Made by a program: the position numbers and the translations under genes
Shown: piece after piece, positions 52,423 to 64,000 of the stretch
Numbering within the stretch: position 1 is the first letter of the stretch
How the letters are laid out: each line of letters begins with the position of its first letter
NCBI GenBank assembly: GCA_950097015.1
Contig: CATNEN010000011.1
Coordinates: forward strand, 3,286,001-3,350,000
Length of the DNA: 64,000 bases
From: Macrostomum hystrix
Taxonomy: Eukaryota > Animalia > Platyhelminthes
Direction of reading: 5' to 3'
The notes under the pieces: model-generated
Told to the model about the DNA's origin: nothing
Databases searched by the model: none
Seen by the model: only the letters and a program-made list of their open reading frames with translations

Positions 52423-55400
52423 ATGCCTCCAGCTTGCCCAGCTAGATCCACAGCACCATCGCACATGGCAGCAAGCTGTGTAGCTTCGCTACCTTCAACA
52501 CTAGCTGACAATTCGTCAGCCTCAGCCCATCATCTGTCAGCTGCTGCGGCGGCGGCGGCGGCGGCCCAGTTCTCACCGTTGGTGTTATTCGAGTGCACCC
52601 TATCGAATGCCAGCTTATTAGTGGAATCAATGCCAGATCGTGATCTTCTACACGCTCTGCGCATTGTTGCCGCTCTTCACAGTCGAGTTGTTGACGTCAT
52701 GGATCCGCGCTATGATCGCCTGGTTCGTTTAGGCGACGCGGCAACTGCAGCCGCCACTGCCGCCACTGCCGCCGCCGCTGCTGCCGCGGCCGCCTCCACC
52801 GCAACATCAGCTTCCGCTTCTAATAGTGCAACGGTAACTAACGAAGGCCGTATCTGTGCGGATGCTGGGACTCTGGACTCATCTTTAGTTGATCAGCACA
52901 AACGCGATGACAGAAGACTTCATTGGAAGCGTCGAAGGCGTCACAGTCGACAGTGCAGAGCCAGTGCGGTATCTTCAAAGATCATTGCGTCTGATAATGG
53001 TATTAGCGGCATCGGCAACTATAGCAGTAATAATAATAACATTAGTAATACTGATGAGAATGACAACAGCGATGCGCCAAGTTCGATTGATGTGAGAGAG
53101 GTAATTGTTGTTTAACTTAAGAATCTGATTTTATTTTTTTGGGGAATTCAAATTTACAGAAAGTTAATGAGATTTGGAGGATAGAGGTTGGGATTGAGAG
53201 ATTAGAGGCTGGGATTAAGATATGAGAGGCTGGGATTGAGAGATAAGAGGCTGGGATTGAGAGATAAGAGGCTGGGATTGAGAGATGAGAGCCAGGGATT
53301 GAGAGATGAGAGCCAGGGATTGAGAGATGAGAGCCAGGGATTGAGAGATGAGAGGCTGGGATTGAGAGATAAGAGGCTGGGATGACAGATAAGAGGCTGG
53401 GATGACAGATGAGAGGCTGGGATGACAGATGAGAGGCAGGGATGACAGATGAGAGGCTGTGATTGAGAGATAAGAGGCTGGGATGACAGATAAGAGGCTG
53501 GGATGACAGCTGAGAGGCTGGGATGACAGATGAGAGGCAGGGATGACAGATGAGAGGCTGTGATTGAGAGATAAGAGGCTGGGATGACAGATAAGAGGCT
53601 GGGATGACAGATGAGAGGCAGGGATGACAGATGAGAGGCAGGGATGACAGATGAGAGGGTGTGATTGAGAGATAAGAGGCTGCGATGAAAGATAAGAGGC
53701 TGGGATGACAGATAAGAGGCTGGGATTGAGTGATAAGAGGTTAAGATTGAGAGATAAGATGCTGGGATTGAGAGATAAGAGGCTGGCATTGGGAGATGAG
53801 AGGCAGGGATTGAGAGATGAGTGATTGAAACAAAAGAGGTTAATATTGAGAGATAAGAGAATGCGATTCAGAGGTCGACTGACCTCTGTAAGTAGTGTTG
53901 GTAGGCATTGAGTGGAAGATAGTTCAACACCAACTTAGTAGTGCATAATGGTGGTGAATCGACATAAATTAAAAAAATTAGTCGGATGACGAGGAAGCGA
54001 CTAGACGCGTTGTCCAGGCCAAATCTCAGGCAACGGTTCCGGAGAATCTGCGAACAGTTGCTGAATCGGATGACGTCAAACCGGACGTCGGCAGCTTGAT
54101 GGCCGATCGACGCTCGGACGCCCCTAGCGGCGCCAGTTCCGACTTGCTGTTCGGTAAAGAACGATTGAAACATCAACATCATTGGCGTTCTACTGCAGCC
54201 TCTGGTTCAGCGATTAGCAGCGGTGTCAATTGTAGCTCGCCTGCTTATCCGCTGGAGTGCAAAACGATTTTCCGACGAGCTTACAAAATCTTGAAAGGCG
54301 GCGGCCCGCATTTGTTCGACTTTTCTAAGCCGTGAGTTTTTTGGATAGCGACTTTCTTCCAAACCAGATTTTTTCTTCAATACAATTCTAAATCTTTATA
54401 TTACCGTTCCTTGAATTTTTGCTATTGTTCCTCAAATCCTCTTTTTCATTCTTTAAATCCTCATTATTATTATTCAAATCGTCATTAATATTATTCAAAT
54501 CCTCATTATTATTATTCAAATCGTCATTAATATTATTCAAATCCTCATTATTATTATTCAAATCCTCATTTTTATTATTAAAATCCTAATTAATGTTATT
54601 CAAATCCTCATTATTTTTATTCAAATCCTCATTATTTTTATTCAAATCCTCATTATTTTTATTCAAATCCTCATTATTATTTTTCAAATCCTCATTATTT
54701 TTCTTTAAATCCTCATTTTCTTATTTTAATCCTCATTATTATTTTTAAATCCTCATTATTATTATTCAAATCGTCATTAATATTATTCAAATCCTCATTA
54801 TTATTATTCAAATCCTCATTTTTATTATTAAAATCCTAATTAATGTTATTCAAATCCTCATTATTTTTATTCAAATCCTCATTATTTTTATTCAAATCCT
54901 CATTATTTTTATTCAAATCCTCATTATTTTTATTCAAATCCTCATTATTTTTATTCAAATCCTCATTATTTTTATTCAAATCCTCATTATTATTTTTCAA
55001 ATCCTCATTATTTTTCTTTAAATCCTCATTTTCTTATTTTAATCCTCATTATTATTTTTAAATCCTCATTATTATTATTCAAATCGTCATTAATATTATT
55101 CAAATCCTCATTATTATTATTCAAATCCTCATTTTTATTATTAAAATCCTAATTAGTATTATTCAATTCCTCATTATTATTCTTAAAATCCTCATTAATT
55201 ACTGTAGCCTATGCTTGGATTTGGAAAATTCCCATCTAATGTTATATCTAGTCTTGAGTTAGACATTTATTATATATTTGTTATATATTAATGGCAATAT
55301 CTGCATGTTACTTCAAAAGGTTCGTTTCGCCGTTCAACCAGAAGGTGGCCAATCAGGTGCTGAAGAAGGCCCAAGAAATGGCAGTTGGTAAAGATTGGCC

Positions 55401-57997
55401 AACGGATGTGTGGAAGAGTGAGTTCTACTTTTAATTCGGAAATTTAAATTAAATTAAATTAAAATAGGACTCAAGTTTCAACAAAAATGCTTCTTATATC
55501 AAAATGTCTCCCGTTTGTTTCAGAAATACCAAACCAGTACAAGATTAACGCAATGTTCTTTGACTTTCGCTGCAAAATTAAGCGAAAGAATCAATTAAGT
55601 GTAAGTACGAGCTTAGTACATTACCACAGAACACTAACCAACTCCAGAACATTACCACAGAGCACTAACCAACTCCAGAACATTACCACAGAGCACTAAC
55701 CAACTCCAGAACATTACCACAGAGCACTAACCAACTCCAGAACATTACCACAAAGCACTAACCAACTCCAGTACATTACCACAGAGCACTAACCAACTCC
55801 AGTACATTACCACAGAGCACTAACCAACTCCAGTACATTACCACAGAACACTAACCAACTCCAGTACATTACCACAAAGCACTAACCAACTCCAGAACAT
55901 TACCACAAAGCACTAACCAACTCCAGTACATTACCACAAAGCACTAACCAACTCCAGTACATTACCACAGAGCACTAACCAACTCCAGTACATTACCACA
56001 GAGCACTAACCAACTCCAGTACATTACCACAGAACACTAACCAACTCCAGTACATTACCACAGAGCACTAACCAACTCCAGTACATTACCACAGAACACT
56101 AACCAACTCCAGTACATTACCACAGAGCACTAACCAACTCCAGAACATTACCACAGAGCACTAACCAACTCCAGAACATTACCACAAAGCACTAACCAAC
56201 TCCAGTACATTACCACAGACAGAACACTAACCAACTCCAGTACATTACCACAGAACACTAACTCCAGTACATTACCACAGACAGAACACTAACCAACTCC
56301 AGAACATTACCACAGAGCACTAACCAACTCCAGAACATTACCACAGAGCACTAACCAACTCCAGAACATTACCACAGAGCACTAACCAACTCCAGAACAT
56401 TACCACAAAGCACTAACCAACTCCAGTACATTACCACAGAGCACTAACCAACTCCAGAACATTACCACAAAGCACTAACCAACTCCAGTACATTACCACA
56501 AAGCACTAACCAACTCCAGTACATTACCACAGAGCACTAACCAACTCCAGTACATTACCACAGAACACTAACCAACTCCAGTACATTACCACAGAGCACT
56601 AACCAACTCCAGAACATTACCACAGAGCACTAACCAACTCCAGAACATTACCACAAAGCACTAACCAACTCCAGTACATTACCACAGACAGAACACTAAC
56701 CAACTCCAGTACATTACCACAGACAGAACACTAACCAACTCCAGTACATTACCAAAAACAGAACACTAACCAACTCCAGTACATTACCACAGACAGAACA
56801 CTAACCAACTCCAGTACATTACCACAGACAGAACACTAACCAACTCCAGTACATTACCACAGAACACTAACCAACTCCAGTACATTACCACAGACAGAAC
56901 ACTAACCAACTCCAGTACATTACCACAGACAGAACACTAACCAACTCCAGTACATTACCACAGAACACTAACCAACTCCAGTACATTACCACAGACAGAA
57001 CACTAACCAACTCCAGTACATTACCACAGACAGAACACTAACCAACTCCAGTACATTACCACAGAACACTAACCAACTCCAGTACATTACCACAGAGCAC
57101 TAACCAACTCCAGTACATTACCACAGACAGAACACTAACCAACTCCAGTACATTACCACAGAACACTAACCAACTCCAGTACATTACCACAGACAGAACA
57201 CTAACCAACTCCAGTACATTACCACAGACAGAACACTAACCAACTCCAGTACATTACCACAGAACACTAACCAACTCCAGTACATTACCACAGACAGAAC
57301 ACTAACCAACTCCAGTACATTACCACAGACAGAACACTAACCAACTCCAGTACATTACCACAGACAGAACACTAACCAACTCCAGTACATTACCACAGAA
57401 CACTAACCAACTCCAGTACATTACCACAAAGCACTAACCAACTCCAGTACATTACCACAGAACACTAACCAACTCCAGTACATTACCACAAGACACTAAC
57501 TAACTCCAATACATTACCACAAGACACTAACTAACTCCAGTACATTACCACAAGACACTGACCGGATCCTGTACATTACCTAGACAGTTTATTCATCTTA
57601 TAATTGCTCTCCACTGCAGAAGCTTAGCCGTAGACAGAAGGGCCTAGAACTACTATCTGATCGGGTGCCACCGGAAGTTGTGAATCGCTTTCAAAGCATC
57701 CTCACTCGAGACTACATGTCTAGTGATGAGGAATGCGTCGTTGGTGGCGGCAGCGGCAGCGAAAGCAGCCAGATCCGAGTCAGACGCTTAGCTTGGGAGT
57801 CGGAAGAATTGCGCAATTTGAAACGCCAACTGGACTCTGAATATTATTCAACCCAGCAGCAATGTCTGAGTGCCGCTACTTCCAGTAATATTGGCGGTGT
57901 AAAACGACTAGCGGAAGTTGCTATGGCAACAGAGGACGCTAGCAGTGTTAGTCAGCGTTTGCCACCTGTTGATGCTCCTAGATGGGCTGTCAAGTAA
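52423..57997 (+). CDS. Uncharacterised protein, about 526 aa, with C14orf93-like C-terminal motifs; exons ~52423(or 52465)-53100, 53982-54331, 55320-55417, 55524-55600, 57620-57997
   Basis: Five exons join in frame through GT-AG introns of phase 0,2,1,0. Poly-Ala N-terminal region; FDFSKPFVSPFNQKV; DYMSSDEE...VRRLAWESEELRNLKRQLD. The family assignment is from motif memory only and the start is uncertain. Confidence 0.65.
53180..53860. repeat. about 21-bp minisatellite (intron 1 of the uncharacterised gene)
   Basis: Units GATAAGAGGCTGGGATTGAGA / GATGAGAGGCTGGGATGACA. Confidence 0.93.
54460..55200. repeat. AT-rich 21-bp minisatellite with about 300-bp higher-order duplication (intron 2)
   Basis: Unit ATTATTCAAATCCTCATTATT; the variant run ...AAATCGTCATTAAT...AAAATCCTAATTA recurs near 54520, 54770 and 55080. 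Confidence 0.9.
55620..57570. repeat. 31/35-bp minisatellite (intron 4)
   Basis: Unit CATTACCACAGAGCACTAACCAACTCCAGTA, with a 35-bp +ACAG variant dominating the 3' half. Confidence 0.96.
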
Positions 57998-59199
57998 TAG
58001 ACAGTGCGAATTCGTGAAAGCTTCTAATGGTTGTATCTTAAAGCTATAGAATTTCTCTACTTTATATTCTGATCTTCTGATTTTAATTGGGGCTTAGAAA
58101 GACTTTACTACATATCAAATATCTATTAATTTGTACACGATCACGGACCAAATTTTTTCAATGATCAGTGAAAGACTTATCTCTAACTAAAGTCTTGTTA
58201 CCTCATAAAATTGCGAACTATACATAACTTTTTTGTTTAAATATTAAAGACTTAAACAGCATATTTATTTTATGAGTAGATAGCCACATATCTCATATTT
58301 TGGTTGTTATTTGAACAGGTACTTCAGTGTTATTTAATACCTTCCAGTTCTTCCTAGCTTACTGCTGCCTGTTTTTTTATTATTGAATTGAGCTGGTTTT
58401 TTACGTTTAACTATCCTTCCTGTTATATTTTATATTACTAACAGTAGAAGAACGCTAACAAAGAGATAAGCTAGTCAATGAGCACTTTTGTGTAAGTCCA
58501 TAGTATTTTTTTGAGCTTTTGTTAAACAAAATACTAGATCTATTATTTGCCTCATTTAGATTACCTCTCCTTATTGCAGTTAAATGTTTTGCTTCCAATA
58601 CACAGTGTTTCCTGTAATAGTTATTTTAGAGAAACAAAAATAGTAGAGAATTTCAAACTAATCCATTATTAGGTGAGTATGTGAAAAAAATAGTTCAATT
58701 ATATTTTATCATCACAATTAAGAACACAGCTCCATTATTAGGCTATTAATCAGCTTACAATATGTCTGTCAGTCTATTAAATTTTATGTCTACCTCATTT
58801 TTAACCTAAAGCAAACAACTGATTGTTATTGTAACCGTTTATATTTATGATATTTTTCACGCAACAAATAGACCTCATCTACGTAATTTAGTTTTTCTGT
58901 GTTTCTTTGTTATTTTTACAGAAGCACAGCCTTAGCTTTAATTTGCTGACCATTTATTACAATTAGCTTCTTTTATGTGACTTTTTTGCTAACACAACCT
59001 AAACTGCCTCAGATAACTTTTCAACTTGCAATCTAAATTTCGGGTCAGGAATATCCCTTGTACTCTCGTATGTTAGTTAGAAGTTCAATTTTTCACAAGT
59101 CTATTTTTTGTATTTATAATAAACAATGCGACCCCTTTTGTGTGCTCCGTTTCGTTAGTTTGTCGAATTTTTTAAAATAGTGTCTATCTAATTATAATC

Positions 59200-59990
59200 G
59201 TAGCTAAAATCGTAGCTGGAATCGAAGCTGGAACCAAAGCAAGATCCATAGCTAGAATCAAAGCTAGATCCACAGCTAGAATCGAAGCTAGATCAACAGC
59301 TAGAATGGAAGCTAGATCCACAGCTAGAATCGATGCTAGATCCACAACTAGAATGGAAGCTAGATCCACAGCTAGAATCGATGCTAGATCCACAGCTAGA
59401 ATCGAAGCTAGATCCACAGCTAGAATCGAAGCTAGATCCACAGCTAAAATCGAAGCTAGAATCGAAGCTAGATCCACAGCTAGAATCGAAGCTAGATACA
59501 CAGCTAGAATCGAAGCTAGATACACAGCTAGAATCGAAGCTAGATCAACAGCTAGAATCAAAGCAAGATCAACAGCTAGAATCGAAGCTAGATCCACAGC
59601 TAGAATCGAAGCTAGATCCACAGCTAGAATCGAAGCTAGATCCACAGCTAAAATCGAAGCTAGAATCGAAGCTTGATCCACAGCTAGAATCGAAGCAAGA
59701 TACACAGCTAGAATCGAAGCTAGATCCACAGCTAGAATCGAAGCTAGATCAACAGCTAGAATCAAAGCAAGATCAACAGCTAGAATCGAAGCTAGATCAA
59801 CAGCTAGAATCAATGCTAGATCCACAGCTAGAATCGAAGCTAGATCAACAGCTAGAATCAAAGCAAGATCAACAGCTAGAATCGAAGCTAGATCAACAGC
59901 TAGAATCAAAGCTAGATCCACAGCTAGAATCGAAGCTAGATCAACAGCTAGAATCAATGCTAGATCCACAGCTAGAATCGTAGCCTGAAT
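59200..59990. repeat. 24-bp minisatellite, GCTAGAATCG core family
   Basis: Unit CAGCTAGAATCGAAGCTAGATCCA. Confidence 0.95.
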
Positions 59991-60994
59991 AGCAACTAGA
60001 ATTGTAGTTAAGTGTTGAACAACTGCCGTTATTTTGGTTTTATATGTATAAAAGTCTAAATTAAAAATTCATTACGTAGATCATATTTTAAGTCTTTCAC
60101 AGCAACCATTTTAGTTAGTTTTATATTTTATTATGCATGGACGAGTCTTTGTTTGCCTTAGCTTCACAAATAACAGTTCATAATCAAAAGAACACTCTTC
60201 ATTCTACTGCTAGTAGAAAAGGTTGTTTATAAATTTATTAAAGTATTGTGTTGCAGTCACGTCGGCATTAACTGCATTTTTGCCTCGATATTCTGTAATA
60301 CATCTTACCTTACTAGATTATTGGCAATGTGTTATAATAACCACAAAACAGTAACAGCACTATTTTCAGCCCACAGGTAAACAGTTTAACGTAGTTACAT
60401 GCCTCTTCCTCACCTGCTGATACTAACAGTCCTCATATTTTCATCTAGTTTTTGTGTCGTTTTTTCAAGTCATTTTTATCTAATCCTAGTCTTTGTCCAG
60501 TCGGTTTGTATTTTTCGTGGTTTTTTCTGTGTTGCTAATAAGAGAAATAATTATTAACAACTGAGTATGCTGGCGTATATACATATATATTCTATACACG
60601 TTTCAAAGTTTATCATTGTTTAAAAGGCAAATCAGTTTGTTAATCTTTCGTTGTCATAATTTCAGAATTTTGTCTCTCTAAGAAATGAATACGCGCGTAT
60701 GGGCGTAGCGAAAGTAAAAAAATCGGTCTAAAAATCATACGCACGAGAAGGACCATTAAAATATTAATCAATGTAAATCATAATATCATTAAGCTCTATG
60801 CTCTATCTAATATTTATTATGTCTCTCTCGCTACTGCTTTTGCTACGATTCTCGATACATCGCCCTTGCTACAATTCTCGCTACAGCTCCTGCATTAATT
60901 ATTGCTACCCAGCTCTAGATCGTAGCTGCGATTTTTCGTTTACAGCTTCTAAGAATTAAATAGAAATCTAAGAAATAAGCTGTGATTCTATCTG

Positions 60995-62110
60995 CAGCTG
61001 AAACAGATTCTGCTGCGATTCTGGCTACGGCTCCTGCTACGATTCTAGCTCCAGTTTCTGCTGCGATTCTAGCTCCAGTTTTTGCTGCGATTCTAGCTCC
61101 AGTTTTTGCTGCGATTCTAGCTACAACTCCTGCTGCGATTCTAGCTACAACTACTGCTGCGATTCTAGCTCCAGCTCCTGCTTTGATTTTAGCTCCAGCT
61201 CCTGCTGCGATTTTAACTACTACTCCTGCTACGATTCTAGCTACGGCTCCTGCTACGATTCTAGCTACAGTTTCTGCTGCGATTCTAGCTACAACTCCTG
61301 CTGCGATTCTAGCTCCAGCTCCTGCTGCGATTCTAGCTACGGCTCCTGCTGCGATTCTAGCTCCAGCTCCTGCTGCGATTCTAGCTACGGCTCCTGCTGC
61401 GATTCTAGCTCCAGCTCCTGCTGCGATTCTAGCTACGGCTCCTGCTGCGATTCTAGCTCCAGCTCCTGCTGCGATTCTAGCTACGGCTCCTGCTGCGATT
61501 CTAGCTCCAGCTCCTGCTGCGATTCTAGCTACGGCTCCTGCTGCGATTCTAGCTCCAGCTCCTGCTGCGATTCTAGCTACGGCTCCTGCTGCGATTCTAG
61601 CTCCAGCTCCTGCTGCGATTCTAGCTACGGCTCCTGCTGCGATTCTAGCTCCAGCTCCTGCTGCGATTCTAGCTACGGCTCCTGCTGCGATTCTAACTCC
61701 AGTTTCTGCTGCGATTCTAGCTCCAGTTTTTGCTGCGATTCTAGCTCTAGTTCTTGCTGCGATTATAGCTACAACTCCTGCTGCGATTCTAGCTCCAGTT
61801 TTTGCTGCGATTCTAGCTCCAGTTTTTGCTGCGATTTTAGCTACAACTTCTGCTGCGATTCTAGTATAGCTCCAGTCTTTGCTGCGATTCTAGCTCCAGT
61901 TTCTGCTGCGATTCTAGCTCCAGTTTTTGCTGCGATTCTAGCTCCAGTTTTTGCTGCGATTCTAGCTCCAGTTTCTGCTGCGATTCTAGCTACAACTCTT
62001 GCTGCGATTCTAGCTACAACTCTTGCTGCGATTCTAGCTACAATTTTTTCTGCGGTTCTTGCTGCCATTCTAGCTACGGCTCCTGCTGCGATTCTATCTA
62101 CAGCTTCTGC
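60995..62110. repeat. 24-bp minisatellite (48-bp dimer in the middle), GCTAGAATCG core family, opposite orientation
   Basis: Alternating CTAGCTACGGCTCCTGCTGCGATT / CTAGCTCCAGCTCCTGCTGCGATT. Confidence 0.95.
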
Positions 62111-62651
62111 TTTGCTTTTAGCTACATCTCATGGTGTATGCGATTCCATCTACAGCTGATACAGACTTCTACAGATATACAAACTACAGATAATACGATT
62201 TCAGCAAAGGCATGCACATTGTGATATACACTTGAATCCAAGGACGAACATACATGATCAGAATTTAAAGTCGTATTGAAACCATAGAATTTATGAAAGT
62301 ATCGACTCGAAAAAGAGTATTTTATTATTGTTAGTTTATTTTGTCGAATTTTTCTGATCGAATAATTTGTCAGATAGGTAAATTTTAGTTTCAGTAAATC
62401 AGTTAGTTAATATAACACACGTAATAAACACAGTGAATTAAATAAAATAAAAATGCTGATATAGGCGATAATTATTCAACAAAATGCTTTTTCATGTTAG
62501 TTTTGCACCAGAGATATAGCTAGTATTATATAAACATCGGTATAAAAATAAGTAAATTTTTGTCCACACAAAAATAGGAAAACTAAAAGCCAAATATAGC
62601 ATCGCACTTGTAGTTTGTAGCAGAAAAGCGAATAGATTAAGTATGAAATGT

Positions 62652-63839
62652 TCACTCATTTGGATTCAGCTTATAAGCCACCATTGAGTCCACCTTGTGA
62701 ATGGATGTTGTGAATGATTTTAGCTTAACCTCAACCGAGTTGGAGACAAACTGCGGTCCTGTGTCTGCCCACTCACTGTTGGGCAGTTCAATGTTCTTGT
62801 CGCAGTAGATCAACAGGTCGAAGCTGCCTGTAAATTGGTTAATAAATAAATCAATCAATTTTTAGTGGCGAAATTTGATTGCTTCAGTTACGAGCATAGC
62901 AAGTAGTAGCCTAGTGGTTAGAGCGTCTGACTCAGGGCTTAAAGGTCGATTCGCGATTGCACTGGAACAATTTTTGTCCTTTAGCAAGACACATCACTCT
63001 GCCTTTAGTTAACCCAACCCAACCCAACCTCAGAAGTCCATGGACTGAACTCCTGATAGCTGCGGCTGTGCTGTCTTCATTTTTTTTATTACACCTGCCC
63101 CAATTGGGTCAGATGTGCAGCCGACAGCACAGCCGCAGCTAATGCGCGGCGCATCTGAAGGCTGCGTACAGCTGTTCAGTCCATGGACTGGGGGGACGCC
63201 ACACCCACCCTCAATTATCCCAGCTGATGCTGGTACCCATTTAACAGCTGCTAGGCTAACACTATAACACTAGGCTACAACCTCTAGTTGTAGGCTACAA
63301 TAACAATTATTATTAGTACATATTCTCTTTGTTTCTCTTTGTTTCATACTCTTTGTTTCATATACACCGAAACGAGAGATATTTGCCCGCCAACAAACAT
63401 TGCCTATGGCCCAAGGCGGATACAAAAGCGCCTAGTAACCGGGCGTGAACGGTCATTTCTTCGCCCCGCTGCGATGTCAAACTTAGATTGGCTACAGTAT
63501 ACCAATTTCAACACAGAGACTCACATTGAAAGTCCAAAGCCGGAAGAAAGGTCACGCTGGCCACGATCTGTCTAATGACATCGGCAATGTCCTTCTTCAC
63601 CTGCTTCTCGTCCTTCTCGGCTGGCATTCTGCATTTTTTATTTGAATTAAAAAAATCAAAGCGATTATGTTCGTTCGAAATACGCTACTAACAGTAGAAA
63701 TGAAGCAAATCTTACGGCTCATCCGGTTTGGCACTCTTGTCGCACTTAATGTCGAATTGCCAGCGCTCGATCACTTCCTGTGTGGAGACGCGGCGAATCA
63801 CTAAGACCAGCTTCTCAATAACTAGCTCGGATAGCCATT
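62652..63839 (-). CDS. MAD2L1: Spindle checkpoint protein MAD2 (HORMA domain), 5' partial; exons 63839-63716, 63628-63525, 62827-62652
   Basis: EWLSELVIEKLVLVI...EVIERWQFDIKCD, DIADVIRQIVASVTFLP, CSFDLLIY, W..TGPQF..NSVEVKLKSFTTSIHKVDSMVAYK; intron phases 1,2,1 are consistent. Confidence 0.93.
62900..63250 (+). mobile_element. tRNA-derived SINE family B with nested inverted repeats (MAD2 intron)
   Basis: A-box TAGCCTAGTGG 62907-62917, GTCCTTTAGCAAGACAC core-like segment, 3' GCTGGTACCCATTTAACAGCTG; partial homologues at 35341-35370 and 36476-36530. Confidence 0.65.
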
Positions 63840-64000
63840 CTGCGAAATAGAGACAAGGGCAGGATATTGTCTTGATCAGTCCTGGTGAGCTTGGGATGTT
63901 AAGAAAATGTCTTGGAAATATGTCGCGAGGCTCTAGGATTTTAGATCTATCCTGGGGATGTTGAAGGATTCGGATCAGTCCTTAGGCTATGGAAGTATTG

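Overview
This is eukaryotic (metazoan) genomic DNA with GT-AG introns. Gene content, Ala/Ser/Gln-rich coding tracts and minisatellite-filled introns suggest a free-living flatworm of the Macrostomum type; that assignment is inference. I reconstructed eight spliced or single-exon genes by hand with phase-consistent junctions. On + are a BMP type I receptor (tkv/BMPR1-like, 5' partial), ATG5, and an uncharacterised C14orf93-like gene. On - are a THAP-CtBP fusion, snurportin-1, an intronless TSR3-METTL6 fusion ORF, a PPM1E/F-like PP2C phosphatase, and MAD2 (5' partial). Most long ORFs in the supplied track are artefacts of about 30 tandem arrays in introns and just downstream of stop codons. Mobile DNA comprises two tRNA-derived SINE families, a deleted Helitron, three hAT-type MITE copies, a TA-flanked MITE, and a degenerate Crypton interrupted by an 8-bp-TSD MITE. 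Most notable: (1) a single ORF fusing the rRNA acp-transferase TSR3 to the tRNA m3C methyltransferase METTL6, inside a co-oriented cluster that looks like a trans-spliced operon; (2) ATG5 has no initiator ATG but starts at a phase-0 splice acceptor, as expected if the AUG-terminated flatworm spliced leader supplies Met1; (3) a THAP-CtBP that has lost its dehydrogenase catalytic triad and may have a THAP-less isoform from a 2-codon alternative first exon.
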